Shown: in pieces, positions 1 to 13,922 of the stretch
How the letters are laid out: each line of letters starts with the position of its first letter
Position numbering within the stretch: the stretch's first letter is position 1
NCBI GenBank assembly: GCA_963514005.1
Contig: OY740797.1
Location: 43,524,001-43,588,000, forward strand
DNA: 64,000 nt
Reading direction: 5' to 3'
Source: Raja brachyura
Lineage: Eukaryota
Notes under the pieces: model-generated
Databases searched by the model: none
What the model saw: only the letters and a program-made list of their open reading frames with translations
Told to the model about the DNA's origin: nothing
Made by a program: the position numbers and the translations under genes

Positions 1-604
1 ATCTGAGCCACAGCAAGGCTTCTGCGCCATAACGTAAACTTAGTTCCACCCATCACCGTTAGCAATCATTGCAGTGCTGGCACTTTGAGTAATACACTCA
101 ACAATTCATTGCCACTGTCCTGGTAATTAGTTAGGTTTTTTTTTTTTGCCAAAAGGTTCATTTCAGAAGAAACCTGTCTTGCAAATTGCCCATTTATCTC
201 CAGTTCTATCAGTCAAGCTCCTGTTTGTTTGCTGTTTGTTTTAAACTTTAACCAAGGCAAAGTTAAAATGTGTCCTTGGTTGATGTCTGTGGTGTTAATG
301 GTGTATTGAAGAGAGAAGCAAAAATAAAAGCTGCTGTGTACCGCAGGAGATCAGTGCAATTTAGGATCGATTTTTTGGGAAGTTTCAAGGGGGGGGGGAG
401 GGCAGAAGTTTGCCAGAAAGTCGTGTTTTAAATGAAAACAAACATAAATACATTGGAAAAATAATACGATCCAAAACACTATTTAAAGCATAGCCCCACC
501 CTCACTACACCATTTGACTCTCTTCCCTGGCTACTTCCTTTCATTCCACACCAAGAATTATGACTTTTTCCATTATTTTTCTTTCTGATACTGGCAACAT
601 TTCA

Positions 605-637
605 CCCCCCCCCCCCCCCCACACACACACACACACA
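605..637 (+). repeat. (C)n(CA)n simple repeat
   Basis: Direct read. Confidence 0.9.
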
Positions 638-2102
638 ACTCCCTGCTTGCATCTGTAGCTCCGTAGGGGGAGAATGAGTCGTAGTCCTGTGTTATTAACA
701 TGTTCTTACAAGAATATTGGACTTGGAAAGCTGCCAGAGCACATTATAATACATTAAATGTAATCTCCTGTAGAGTGATTAAAAAAGATCAGAGTGCCCA
801 AGCATATTTTAACGCATGGCACTGAATCTCATGACATCTGCCATTGAGCTCATGTGGTAGTATCTGCATCCTTGTTATATTTCCAGCCGCATTGTTAGAA
901 AGAACCTCTTGGTAATATGACCTTCTTGAGAGTAGGACCAGTGTTGCTTGGTGGGGTTTCCTTGGTCCCCTGTGGTAATGATGGCAGAGTTCCAAAATCG
1001 AGGACGAAGTAAAGCGAAAAGAGGTTGCAGAATTGGGCTCAGATGCTCCCTGGTTTTATTAGGCATAATGTTAAAAAAATATACGGTAATATAGATGGCC
1101 ACAAGATAAGAAATAATCCAAATTACAATACAGATTAAACATTTCTGACTTTAGAATAACTTTATTCATAGTGCTTTTGTCCAATTTTTCAAAAACTAAT
1201 CAATGCATGTGTGGTTTTCTAAATCTGTATACTATGATTTATTATCCATAGGCGTTTTGTTAAAATGATAATTAAAATTGTTGAGTGGTTTAACAATGGT
1301 TTTTAGAATTGCCACAATAAACGTTGTTTGTGGGCTACTATACAAAGGGTTAATCGTATCATGATGCAGATGCCGGCAGTGGTTGAATTGATTAGTGCCA
1401 ATGTGTTATTGCACAGGCTTGTTTGACCCCACGTTTCTTCGCAATAATTAAAAATTGATTGTTGTAACTAATTTTTACCATCTGTTTAATTCTCACGTGA
1501 ATTAGAATGCTTGCATTTGGAGATGTATAATACCAATAGCCCATTTTAATGCCATTCTCAGTTCCTTGGTACTTAGTCTAAAGTTTAAGCTACAGTTGTC
1601 AAACGTTAAGAAACTCTACTGTCAGCTCTGGCACTTCTGTGTTCAGCCTTTAAATTTGAGGCAGATTTGGATTTATTTCTCTATTCGAATCCCCGATTAG
1701 CTGGGTCATTGAGGGTTAAACCATGTCCATGGTAACCTGAATGTTATAAGATGGTCCCCCCTATTTCCAACCTCTCATATCTTAGGACCTCCAACTCAAG
1801 GTCTTACTTAAGATAGACATAAAAAGCTGGAATAACTCAGGGGGTCAGACAACACCCCTGGAGAAAAGGAATAGGTGACGTTTCAGGTCGAGACCCTTCT
1901 TCAGTAAAACCCTTTTACTTCCTTTGTTTATATTTGTGAATACAGTCGTTAACAATGTGAGCAAGGTTCGCACTAAAGAATTAAGAAACATGTTTGATGA
2001 TGTTCAATTAAAAAAATAAGCTTTACCCTAGCAATGTGCTTGATCCCAGTCTTGGTGCCCTTAGTGCCCTTACTCTATCTCACACAGCAGTTATCCTGGT
2101 GT

Positions 2103-2260
2103 GTAAGAAGGAACTGCAGATGCTGGTTTAAACCGAAGATAGACACAAAAAGCTGGAGTAACTCAGCGGGCCAGGCAGCATCTCTGGAGAGAAGCATCTC
2201 TCGACCCAAAACGTCACCCATTCCTTCTCTCCAGAGATGCTGCCTGTCCCGCTGAATTAA
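2103..2260. mobile_element. Palindromic Penelope-end insertion
   Basis: Inverted arms; flanked by direct repeat CCTGGTGT (2095-2102, 2261-2268). Confidence 0.75.
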
Positions 2261-3294
2261 CCTGGTGTCTTGTCTGAAAGAAATAAACAATTGTTTGTAG
2301 GTCAACTCAATAAGAACAGAATTGACAAATGCCCCAGTTCATTTCAAGTGTATTCATCTTGCACTCGAAGGACCCCTCGTGGCAATGGAGTGGGGACTTC
2401 AAGGTAGTCTCAGCTAAATTTGAATCCAGCTACTAAATCTGAAATGTTAAAAATCTGACTATCTCAGTCCTCAGTGTTCATTGATTCAGTCTTCAAAGCT
2501 CTCTGGAATGGAGAATCTATTTTGTCAAGCTCCCTCAGAATCTTTTATCAATAAGACCTCTTCTAAACTCCAATGAACATAAACCCACTCTGCTCAACGT
2601 TTCCTCATATGTCAATCGTTTTATTCCTGTACAATTGCAGTAAGATTTATACTCGATCCCCTTTGCAATAATGACCAACTCTCGATTTGCCTTCATACCT
2701 TCCTGTCTTTCTGTGTCTCACCTTTGAGAAAGCCTACATCTCTAGGAGAATTGGCGATGTGGTGCATATTTCTAAAGCTGTGTGTAATTCTCACAGTAAA
2801 ATCCATCGAAGCTTTGTTAAACTTTGTTAAATGCTGTCTGATTTAGCAACATGATAAGTCATAATTACTCACCGACAAGATATTTTTGTCTATATGTGAC
2901 GCATCTAATTGTTACAAAATATTATTTCAAAATTCCCCTGATTTAAGATAACAGGTTTAAAGGGCCATAGAATCGTAGAGTTTATGACCCTATAATAAGC
3001 TTGATTGTTTTAGTGTTTCTTGTTTCAGCCTCTTCTCAGTCTGAGTGAATGTGCCCATCTTTATTTTGACTTTTGTTAAATAGGGACAAAATGGGATCAA
3101 AACGAGACCCTTTTTTTGCTGTTAAACAGGTTCTTGTAATTCAATTGACCACACAGCCAGTTTGACGATTCCACCATAGCTGGATTCCAGTTGGTTTTGT
3201 GGAAATGGGAAATCCATAGCGTAAATTCCTCTGAAGTTTCGGGGACTGATTTCCTCGAGGTCAATAGCAAGTAGCCGATTTTTGTCAATACAGC

Positions 3295-3365
3295 AAAATC
3301 CGGGCCATTTGAGTAATCCGAGCCAATTACTTGAGTAATCCGGGCCAATTGAGCAATCTGCCATT
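3295..3365 (+). repeat. Short imperfect tandem repeat GAGTAATCCGGGCCAATT, about 4 units
   Basis: aaaatccgggccattt / gagtaatccgagccaattactt / gagtaatccgggccaatt / gagcaatctgccatt. Confidence 0.75.
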
Positions 3366-3954
3366 AATATGAGTAAGAAGGAGGTAGGTAGTGAGGGGAA
3401 AGTGTTAGTGAAGGATTTCAACACCATGAATGGCTAGATGGAACGGCACATTGGAAGTGTTTTTAAGGTTGTCCTCATTTGAACCCATCCATCTTGGTCA
3501 AATCCTCTGACGCAGGAGGTTATAATGGAATAGAACATAGATAAGCGTTCAAGTCACAGACTCAATACAACTAAAATAATTAGGCTTCATTGTAGCTCAT
3601 TTTAATCAGTTAGAAAATAAGAATATAAGTGTGATGTGCTCGTGAGTCAAACATGGCTCATAATTATTTTGTCAGTTCTTTGACTGCAGGGTTAATGCGG
3701 TTGGTAACCAGTTAGTTGATAAGGAAAGGTTTTGCAACTGTTTCTAACGAGTGGGTGAAAGCAAAATGACTATTGAGATTTTAAATATCCAAATATGGGA
3801 ATGAAAATAGTGGTTCTAAAACTAAATACATTTTCCATGGATTAAAAATAGTGCTCTAGACAACATTTGCTGTAAAGAGAAAATGGAGCTAATGCTCTTG
3901 ACCAAAGAGATGCCTTGTGACAAATCCATTCAATATTCAACAATATATCATTAG

Positions 3955-5605
3955 ATTACACAGAATATAGAACATACAACATTACAGCACATGAACAGGC
4001 CATTCGGCCCACATGTCTGTGCTGACCATGATGCTTGCCCGTGATCTCTGTCTCTCCATTCCCTGCATATCCATGTTCCTAGCTAAAGCCCCCTTAAATG
4101 CCCCTATCAAATCTGCCCCTGGCCACTCCCTGTGTAAATAACTTGCCCTGCACACCCCCTTTAAACTTTGCCACTCTCATCCTCAAGCCTCTGGTCTTTG
4201 ACATTTCCATCATGGGAAATTGTGTAGGAAGGAACTGCAGATGCTGGTTTAAACCAAAGAGAGCCGCAAAAAGCTGGAGTAATTCATACGTCTGGCAGCA
4301 TCTCTGGAGAAAAGGAATAGGTGACATTTTGTGTCAAGAACATTCTTCAGACTGAGAATCGGGGGGTGGGGGGGAGGCAAGGTTTTTACTGTCTACCCTG
4401 TCTATGCTTCTCATAATTTTATATAATTCTATCAGGTCTCCCCTCAACCTCTGGCATTCCAGAGAAAACAGTTACATTTGTAGAACCTCTCCTTAGAGCT
4501 GTTAATCTCCAATCCAGGAAGCATTCTGGTTAGTGTATTCAGCGCCCTCTCTAATGCCTCCACATCCTTTCCATAATGGGGTGACCATCATATTCTAAAT
4601 GCAGCTTAACCAAAGTCCTATAAAACTGCAATTTGAATTCCTGGCCTCAGTCTCAGTACCCCAAGCAATGAAGGCGAGGATTCCATGTTACTGTTTTACC
4701 AGTCCATCGTCTTGTGTTGCCACTTTAAGGAAGCTATGGAATCTTGGATTCCCACCTTTCTGTGTGCATCGATGTTGTAAAGGGCCTTGCCATTGACTAT
4801 ATACTTTCCCTTTATATTTGACTTTCCAGAGTGCAACACTTCATTCTTGCTGGGATTAAACTCCATCTGCCAGTTCTCTACCCATTTCTGTCACTGATCT
4901 ATATCCCACTGCATACTTTGACAGGCTTCCTCACTGTCGGTTGCTCCACCAACTCCACTTGTCACAGGCCTTCAGCCAGAATTACACTCTTCCACCACAG
5001 CCCCCTGTCTTCCACGAGTAAGCCAGTTCTATATCAAATCACCAATCAGTGATGTCCCCGAGCTCCAACGTACCCGCTACGTACATTCTACGTGCTTCCA
5101 CGAGTTATTGTTTTTTTTTAAACTCGGGAGAGCTCTTGAATGAACTTGTACAGTGGGACAGGGCTTTAATGCTATAGTGAACAATCCTCTCCAGTAGCTT
5201 CCTTAGCAGTGATGTGAGACACGTCAACCTATTATTTCCTGGAATATCTGACCTTCCCATTTAAAAAAAAGAAAAACATTTCCACTCTCCATCATCCGGG
5301 ACTTCACTTGTGGCTAGAGAAGATACAAAGATCTTGGTCTAGGTTCCTGCATTCTCCTCTCTTGGCTGTCTCCATAACCTGGGACAGATTCCATCAGGCC
5401 CTAGGTGTTTATCCATCTTTTTGTTCTTCAATAGCCACAACACCCCGTCCTACTTGATCTCAAACTGCATTGCGTATTAGTATTCTTCACGTTGATCTCA
5501 CTGTCCTACATGTCCTTCTCCTTGGTGAATGCAGATGGAAAGTACTTGTTCAGTACTTCCTTACATACTCTGACTCCAAGCATAAATTCACCTCCTTTAT
5601 CCTTG
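3955..5605 (-). mobile_element. Old CR1 LINE 3' part, interrupted by a Penelope end and a half MITE
   Basis: CR1 3' tail (acaggccattcggccc, about 3995), KTRG...KFKGGVQGKLFTQ C-terminal motif, degenerate RT segments to about 5600. Confidence 0.7.
5048..5166. mobile_element. Half copy of the 41512-41827 MITE, reverse orientation
   Basis: aaactcgggagagctcttgaatgaacttgtacagtgggacagggctt matches the reverse complement of 41512-41570. Confidence 0.8.
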
Positions 5606-5657
5606 AGCAATAAAAGATTCTTCAAAGACCTTCATTTATATTTTTTATTAACCACTT

Positions 5658-5949
5658 AGGTGTAGCGGTAGAGTTGCTGCTTTACAGTGCCAGAGACCCG
5701 GGTTCTACGGGTGCTATCTGTCTGGAGTTTGTACGTTCTCCTCGTGATCGCCTGGGTTTTCGCCAGGTTCTGCAGTTTCCTCACACGCTCCGAAGACGTA
5801 CAGACCTGTGAGCTAATTGCCTTCTGTAAATTGTCTGTAAATTGTCCCTAATGTGCAGGAGAGTTCTAGTGTATGGAGAATGTTGGTCGGCGTGGATTCG
5901 CTGGGCCGAAGTGCCTGTTTCCATGCTGTATCTCCAAACTAAACTAAAC
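5658..5949 (+). mobile_element. HE1-like V-SINE (tRNA-derived)
   Basis: A box (ggtgtagcggtagag), B-box-like gggttc, V-domain ggagtttgtacgttctcc..gggtttt..gtttcctc, CR1-shared tail gggccgaagtgcctgtttcc, (CTAAA)n end. Confidence 0.85.
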
Positions 5950-6602
5950 ACTTATGAAGATTTACTCTGGTCATCATGTACATCCTAATTACAATCCAGT
6001 TCCTTCTCAATCCTTGGTTGACGCCTGACGATTTTTCCCTAAATTTCCCTTTTCCACAGCTGCAGAAATAAAAACTAAAACCTATTCTTAGTAAACTTTT
6101 GGCTTCCGAGTTTCCGATGCCACCAAAACATGATCATCTGTTTAAAACCACTGTTTATGAATGCTCCTATATCCTGTGAAATTTTGATTGAAGATTGGGA
6201 GGAAAAGTGGGAAGATCCACGTTATATTAATAGTCATAAGATTTTCCCGAAACTCCCTCTTCCTCTCACATACAATTCTTTCATTGTTACTTTAGTAGTA
6301 GTCCAGCCACAAAAAGTAAAACAAATTTTTGAAACTTTTACATAAACCAAGTGAATTAAACCAATACAGATAGCAACTGTATGCTTTTCACAAAACCTAT
6401 AAAATTGGTCTTAAATGTTTGGAACTACTGCGGATTTTTTAGATTTCAAGACAACTTGCCATTTATAAATATTTCACTGGTAAAATATGCCAGCAAATGA
6501 ATCTGACTGTGTTTAGTCTCTGTTGCTCTCTTTCCCTCTCACCATTTTTTTTCTTATTCTGTGTTGGAAAGTGCACTGTCTCATCATTTGTTTCCCAGCA
6601 TG

Positions 6603-6884
6603 TTTAGTTTAGAGAACTCAGCCCACCGAGTCCGCACCGACCAGTGATCCCCACACACTAACACTGTCCAAAACACATTGGGGACAATTTTACATTCATA
6701 CATTGTTACCAATCCTATTAACCTACAAACCTGTATGTCTTTGGAGTGTGGGGGGAAACCGAAGATCTCAGAGAAAACCCACGCAGGTCACTTGCAAACT
6801 CTGTACCGGCAGCACCCATAGTCAGGATCGAACCCGGATCTCTGACACTATAAGGCAGTAGCACTACCGCTGCGCCATCGTACC
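6603..6884 (-). mobile_element. HE1-like V-SINE
   Basis: Reverse-complement copy with intact B box (caggatcgaaccc) and tttagtttagag tail. Confidence 0.85.
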
Positions 6885-7279
6885 TCCCTGTGTGTGGGGA
6901 AAAAATATAACTTTATTTTACTTTGACTTTGCATGTTGCTCTGTTTTTCTTTGGAATTTTAATTTCACATAAGCACTTAGCATGATTTTTTTCCATCAAA
7001 TTCATATTGGGGATGCTTTCCTTGGGCATTTGCTGTAGAAATGTAGGATTTCATTATTCATTTACCCCTTCATTGCATGAACAGCTGGCAGACTCTTTGC
7101 TTCATCATTCACTCTGTTGGTTTGGAAGTGTTTAAGGAGATAGCTGGGACAAATTCAAGGTGTAAAATTCAAAGCGGGTGCAGGTGAAGTTGCTCTGTGT
7201 GTTGTTGTTTACTCGTAGTCAGTGTTTATGTGGACGATGCATTCATATGACAAGTTTATTTCTTCTTGCTGTTGCCATG

Positions 7280-7905
7280 TAGAGGTTGTTTATTTAGGCA
7301 AAAGGAAAATGAAGTTACTACTTAGGTAATAAGTCTCAAAAGTGATAGAGTAAAAGGATCTAATGAACAAATATATGAATCACTTTATAAATCACTTTAT
7401 AGTAAAGTGGTTAAGGCCACTAAAAAAGACAAAGATCTTGGTTCATTGGAAGGGGGTAAATTTTAAAAGCAGAATTGAACTCCCATTGACCATATTTGGA
7501 GGATTGTGTACAGTTATGATCACTGTACTATAACACTACTATGTCATTCTTTCCTAAAGACTGGGAGATGGCCTGATAGATGTCTTTCTGGTTATAGAAA
7601 GGTTTGAAGGGATAGATGTGGAAAAATATATTTTTACTTGCAAGAGAATTCAGACCTCGGCTGCATAGATATGAGATAATCCAAACTAACTCCAATAACG
7701 GTGAAATGTATTTTCCAAATATTGCTAAGAATGTGGAAATCGGTGAAGCCAGGGGCATGGATATGCTCAAAGGGAGGTTAGATAAGCACATGATAGGAAA
7801 CGGACAGAAGGAAAGGTACAATCTACATGGCAACAGCTAGAAGAAAGCTCCTACTGATACTGCAAGCCAAATTCAACAGCATGTCCTGCTCCTTTGCAGT
7901 AAACT
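7280..7905 (+). mobile_element. Highly decayed CR1 3' fragment
   Basis: Remnants resembling the CR1 ORF2 C-terminus (..LEYCVQ.WSP.., KGRLDKHM). Confidence 0.5.
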
Positions 7906-10900
7906 CAGTGTAACAATGAGAATGCTTGAAAATCTGTTCCCAAGTGGTGTCCAACACTTCCCTGACATTGCTGTTCCATTGTGAATTCCGCCAATTTGCT
8001 CATTCATCATTTAATCCTCTTCATGACTTAGAAGGTACCTAAGAGGTCCTCAGCGCTGCTGGTCTTTGGTGTCATATGTCTTCATCGGAATCTCTGCTGA
8101 TCTCCACACTGTGTATTTAGGACTCTCTCTTTCACCCTCCCAAAATAATGTTCATTAAAGAGTGAATCCGCACAGCTCCATTCAATAAATTCCAAGCTAT
8201 CTCCATCTTCCTTTCACCAATTTCTCGCTAGGTTTCCCACGTGGCTTTCTGTTATAGCTCAGAGTCTGAGATTTTTTCCAGCCAAGAGTCCAGCCACTTG
8301 GTTTGGAAAGAGTCTACCTCGTGTGTTTTTCTTTTTGAAGACTTTCTGAGGCTTTTTAACCCATGAAAAGATATTCAATTGTGTTCACAATTAGTTCATA
8401 GGATAGTTCTCCGTTCATAATGGATCTGCCAGAAGATGATGAATGTCACAAACTCTTGCACAGCAACCTTGAATTAAAGGTTATTTTACGGCAACAGCCC
8501 ACTGTGTTTCCAGCTGGAAAATATACCATAGATATGGAACAGTAGTTGTTTGTCACATAAGCATATGCATCAACTAATGAGTGACTGAATAGGAGATGTA
8601 TGGGTGCTGTAATCTGCAGGGCAATGCAGAGCCAACGCTACATAAAATCTCACTTTATTGAATTTCTACTACATAGTGGAGATGGCCAAAAGCAAGACTC
8701 AGTGTGTGATGACAGGGCAATCACAACTCCAATAAAATATACTTGGAACTGAAGCCAAGATCTTCTCTGAGCAGAAGGACTGGGCTAAGTTTAAGTTTAA
8801 ATGTAATGTTGCCTGGTTAACATGCAGCAATCCAGCATTGTAAGCACACCATTGTGCCTGAACACTATTACTGTTGAGAAATGTTGTTGGCCAGCTTGGC
8901 TCAGAACAGTCAAAGGTTCAGATGGCATGGAGCATACTTGTATTGTGCTAGCTGGGCAGCTTTTAGGTAAGGGTACTTTGGCACTGGCATTGTGGGTTTC
9001 CCCCTATGCTGGTAGCTCAATGACTTCTCAACTAGCACAAAATGTCTTGAGAATAGGGCTTCCCAAATGAGAAAGCTCATAAGGTTCATATAGGAGCAGA
9101 TTTAGGGCATTCGGTCCATCAAGTCTACTCCACCATTCAATCATGGCTGATCTATCTTTGTCTCTCAAGTCCATTCTCCTGCATTCTCCCCATATCCTCT
9201 AGCACCCATGTTAATCAAGAATCAAAATTAAAGGTGAATCATCCTTGGTTCCACCATCTCTGTTAGACTTCCAACCAGACAACTGAAGAGAGAAAACATT
9301 TGGAATTTAGCAACAGATCGCCTATTCTTTTGAAGCGGATCAGTATTTGATCAAAAACAATGTGGCAAAGCTGCATTTTGCTGACTCGTTTGGAACATAA
9401 GACGGAGAAGCTTTGGCTCAGAACAGGCTTTGTTTAAAACTGACTGCTCTCTTCAGCAATGATCGTTTTTTAACTTGGAAACCAGATGTCATGTGTTGGA
9501 AGGAACTGCAGATGCTGGTTTGCACTGAAGATAAATACAAAATGATGGAGTAACTCAGTGAGATAGGCTGTAGCTCTGGAGAAAAGGGATAGGTTACGTT
9601 TCAGTTGGAGGCCTTCAGATGGGATGTCATGATGTGTGTAGGGGTGGATTTTCATCAAAGCCCTCCGGTGTAGGTTATCTTACTGGGTGGATTCTACTGA
9701 CAGAATTGAATTGCTATATCACTAGGATTAGTGCTGGAATTCTCTTTGGTCAAGTGGTCCATTGGTTAGCGAGGAACTCTAAATCCAAAGTATAACAGTT
9801 AATCCAAATCGCACATGCTCTCCGTGGACGGGATCCTCCAGTTCATAGCCCTTCCACTAGGTGGAGCATTACGCGGTGGCGGAAAGTCACTTGCGTGGGA
9901 AAGGAGAGCTGGATGGTGGGGAAGGGGTTCAGAGGTGGTGGAAAGCTACAGGTGAAGAGGACGGAATCCATTAGTCTTTCTTTAAAAATGTGAAACCATA
10001 AGCTGCATTTTAAAGTCGACCCTTCCTTGGACTTGAATTTGCTGAAATGAGGGAAGTGCCATTCACGGTTGCTAGGCTTTTGTGCTATAAATAAAGAGCT
10101 TGTTGTTATTAATTTACTGTAAGTTGGACAAGGTCAGCTCTTGGTTTTGTCTGGTCAATGATGTATTAAAGATTGTGTAGTCAGAGGCATTAGACAGATC
10201 TGTGCAGCGCAGAGGTTTTCACCTTCCACTGATGAGCTCACCCATCGTACTGGCACTGACACAACTCTGTTAAATGGATGTATTGACGCCGTAATGGGAT
10301 AATTAGCTCTACCTCGCTGCTGTTGATGACATTACACAAGTTTCACTGCAGCTATTTCAACCTGTTTTCTGTATTGAGTATATTTCATTAGCTTGCCTCT
10401 TTTTTCCTACGCTGTCTATTTTTTCAGCTTGTGGCTGCAATCATTAGGAAGGTTTATTTTTCCGTTTTCTCCTTTGTTGATCAGCAGACTTGGGCCGGCT
10501 TTAAGCCAAATATTAGGTTGGCCGGGGATAAAAAAATCCATATTGTACATATGTAGCATTTTGTTTTAAGATAATATCAAAAAAATCCCTAATGGTGTCT
10601 ATCTAAAATTAAAATGGTGAGAAACACATACAGTAGGTCAGTTAGAAACCACACAAAGAACAGACAATTTACTGTTCAGACATGAAGCAGTCGTTTAGAA
10701 ATTCATTGAAAGGATCTTTGCTCAAAGTGTCCAGATGCTAATTGACTTTGAGTATATTTCCAGCAATTTTATTTGGCCTAATCATCAAAAGATCGGGCAA
10801 TCTTGCCTTTCTCAAGCAAGTAGGCGATGTAAGGAAAACTATTCTAAGTAAAGAAAAGCATCTCCTGGGTTTAGCTAAAAAAATGCTAATTTGGAATGAT

Positions 10901-11590
10901 TTTAATTTTATTTTTGTCCTGCAATAATGATTCATTACCTTGTGACACCAAAATGGTCATCGTAAACCAACATTCTTGGATGCTGATTGTAGGTAAACTA
11001 AATAATACATATTTATTTGAAGATGCATTCTGAGATAACACAACACTTAAAATTGCCTTTTTAAATGATATAATTTTGAGCTACGTTTGGTCACGTTTTA
11101 TGCTTTTCTTTCTATTGCTACATGTATCCTGCATGTTTACCTTTGAAACCTGTACAGGCTAAAGTTTAAATCTAATCTGGCATTAGCTGATAGGAATCAC
11201 TGTCCCTGAAGGCTAATAACTGATCACAAGTAAAATGAGTTTTGACCATCTCAGTCTTGTATTGAGAGACAAGAGCATAAAGCAAACTCTTAAGCACGGT
11301 TTACCATCAACAAATCAAGTAAATAGGCCTCATGCACTCTCATCTCTACCTATTGAACATTGCAGCAGATTGGCCATTTAATTTGTATAAAGAGTTGCCA
11401 TGCTGCAGATTTTATCCCCAGACAATGATGGGAAATTGGACTTTATTGTTAGTACTGGCTTTAGAAGAAGTGTGAAGACTGGTCATTCACCGATGACTAG
11501 AGGGGTTCTTCTCGGGGTTTGAATGTCGCTTTCTGGCACCTGTTCCCAAGTATTTCATCCTTGCTCTTTATTCTCTGGTTTGTCATGCAG

Positions 11591-12087
11591 TTGGCGGTGA
11601 GATTCCTATTGACATGCGACTGGGAGGTGGGCAGCTGGTGTCAGAAGAACTCATGAACCTCGGCGAAACGTTCACGACCACGAACGACCCTTCCTTGAAG
11701 CTTTTCCAGTGTGCTGTCTGCAACCGATTCACCACGGACAACCTGGAGACACTCAGTCTGCACATGAACATTGAGCGACACCTTCCCGAGGAGGAGTGGA
11801 AAGCATTCATTGGCGATTCCTACCAGTGTAAGCTCTGCCGTTACAACACCCAGCTCAAGGCCAACTTCCAGTTGCACTGTAAGACAGATAAGCACGTGCA
11901 GAAATATCAGCTTGTGGCACACATCAAAGAAGGAGGCAAGGCCAACGAGTGGCGACTCAAATGTGTGGCCATTGGGAACCCAGTGCACTTGAAATGCAAC
12001 GCATGCGATTACTACACCAATAGTATTGAGAAGTTGCGACTGCACACTGTCAACTCAAGGCACGAAGCCAGCTTGAAACTCTACAAG
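11591..12087 (+). CDS. ZFHX3: Internal coding exon of zinc finger homeobox protein 3 (ATBF1), three C2H2-type fingers
   Basis: Pyrimidine tract and acceptor ...tgtcatgcAG (11589-11590); donor AAG|GTAAGA at 12088. Translation [25 protein letters not shown]...[14 protein letters not shown]...[89 protein letters not shown] matches ZFHX3 as I recall it (ZFHX4 differs, e.g. CNYNTQ, KSNEW, HTTNHRHEAA). Exon starts in phase 1 and ends in phase 0. Neighbouring exons not seen. Confidence 0.93.
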
Positions 12088-13471
12088 GTAAGAAAAGCAA
12101 CATCTCCCAATGCAGTCCTTCCTTGAATTACAGTGAACAGCAGTCATTAAGTTCTCCATAAATGGAATTTGCAAAGCAAATATTTGTTAATGAAGGATTG
12201 TCCTTTGGAGGATTTTTTTTAGACATTTCAAGTTTGGAAAAAAATGCCCTGTAGAAACTTTATACATTGTTTAATTTACTCAAGAATGTAACAGCTTTGT
12301 ACGAACGTTTAAGGTAAAATTGGTGAAGCCAACAGACCTAGAAGAGGTGTCCTCAGATTAGAAAAAAATATTGTTGAAGTTAAAAATACTTTGACACATC
12401 GAGCAGAAAATAAATGTATCTTTCGGCTGTCAGTTCAAATGATCCAATAAGGTTGGGTGGCTTGAGAATTCCACATTTAATGTAAGCGTAAGGGAGTGAC
12501 ACCAGAGAGCAAATTATTTTGTTTTATTTAAAGAAAAACCTTCCTATTTAATCAGGGCTCAACATCAAGCTTTCTGAAGACTGGCCCCTCAGGCTGTTGT
12601 TCAACAGGCTTCACATGACTGATTGCCTGACTCATTAATCAATACTCTGATCCATTTTAGTCAATTAAGTAAATCTGGAATACAAATGTTGACTCCCATT
12701 GCAGCACCTCCTTGGGTCTATGGAAAACTATCCATAAAGTCAGAATGAAGTTGAGTTAGATAATTAATTTATAGTTATGCCAACTCGTCACTTTATTCCC
12801 ATTCACGACTCCGTGGTTCTGAAACTCTCACTCATGCCTTTCCCTTCCCCTACTAATTACACAATATCAATCCTGCACATGCGCTTCATGTGTTTCTCAA
12901 TGCAAAGTTCAAACTAGATAAGTCAAGGCCATTTGGCCCACATAGCCCGTTAATACAATGAAGCTGCAATCTGCTTCCACATGTCCATTATTCTTGCTTT
13001 CACTTATTTGTATTAAGAAGCAATGCTTTCTTGCATTGTCTATGAAGTTCTTAATTTTCTGTGCTTACTTGTCAAGCAGTTGCAATTTAGCATGATTTAG
13101 TATTCAGGATTTGCCTTTTTGTATTCCACTGGGTGACATATATTTCCCTCTTATCCTAACTGTCTGCTTTCTATGCTGAAAGATTCTTAGGTTTTAGCTT
13201 TTCCCTCATTACTCAGTCCTCTAGGATCATAGATCTGCTTTTTGACCCTCCTCTGCAGCATTTCCGGGGGCTGAAATATTCTCCCGATCACCAGGAATGC
13301 AACTTGGACAGCAAGGTTGTCCAACCGGTTGTCTATTCATTTGACGATGTAGCTCAAACATCAACTGGTTTGTTGATTGCAACACTGTGGTATGCACAGG
13401 TGCTGATTGTTGCATCTTATATTCACTCTCTTTTCATGCTAATCAAGTAATTAACATATTACTACTACCGT

Positions 13472-13850
13472 AGGGAGAGGTTGACCTGGCTGGTTTATTT
13501 TTCCCTTGCAGCACAGGAAGGAAGGTACAAAATCATGAGAGGAATAGATCGGGTAAAAGCACAGAGTATTTTGCCTAGAGTAAGGGAATCGAGAACCAGA
13601 TGACATAGGTTTCAGGTGAGGGGGGAAAAGTTAAAGGGGAACCCGAGGGGGTAACATTTTTACTTTGAGGGTGGCAGGTGTATGGAACATGCTGCCGGAG
13701 GAAATATTTAGACAGGTACATGAATCGGGTAGTTTTAGAGGGATATGGTCCCAAAGCAGGCAGGTGGGACTGGTGCAGATTGGGCAGGTTGGTTGGCGTG
13801 GGCAAATTGGGCTGAAGGGCCTGTTTGCATGCTGTATCTAAGACTCTATA
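13472..13850 (+). mobile_element. CR1 3' fragment with tail
   Basis: ..aaatcatgagaggaatagatcggg..gaaccagatgacataggttt..tttagacaggtacatg..gggctgaagggcctgttt.. typical CR1/HER1 3' end. Confidence 0.75.
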
Positions 13851-13922
13851 ATGTACATGACCTTCTACTTCACTCCATTCTTTATTTCTGAGTTTTTCCC
13901 ACTTATAGTTAATTTCCCTATC

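Noticed and set aside
2034-2305. Recurring CVGRNCRCWFKPKIDTKSWSNSAGQAASLER peptides as a gene family
   Set aside because: They are translations of the non-coding Penelope terminal repeat.
3295-3365. CRISPR-like array
   Set aside because: Eukaryotic intron, contiguous units with no unique spacers, no cas genes.
5658-5730. tRNA genes
   Set aside because: The A/B boxes are heads of tRNA-derived V-SINEs and continue into the V-domain and LINE-like tail.
11583-12045. Antisense and alternative-frame ORFs over the exon
   Set aside because: Shadow ORFs of a real coding exon, with no recognisable motifs.
11614-12126. 170-aa ORF as a standalone gene
   Set aside because: It is an internal exon: homology begins upstream of the ATG at the acceptor and ends at the GT donor at 12088; [12 protein letters not shown] is intron read-through.
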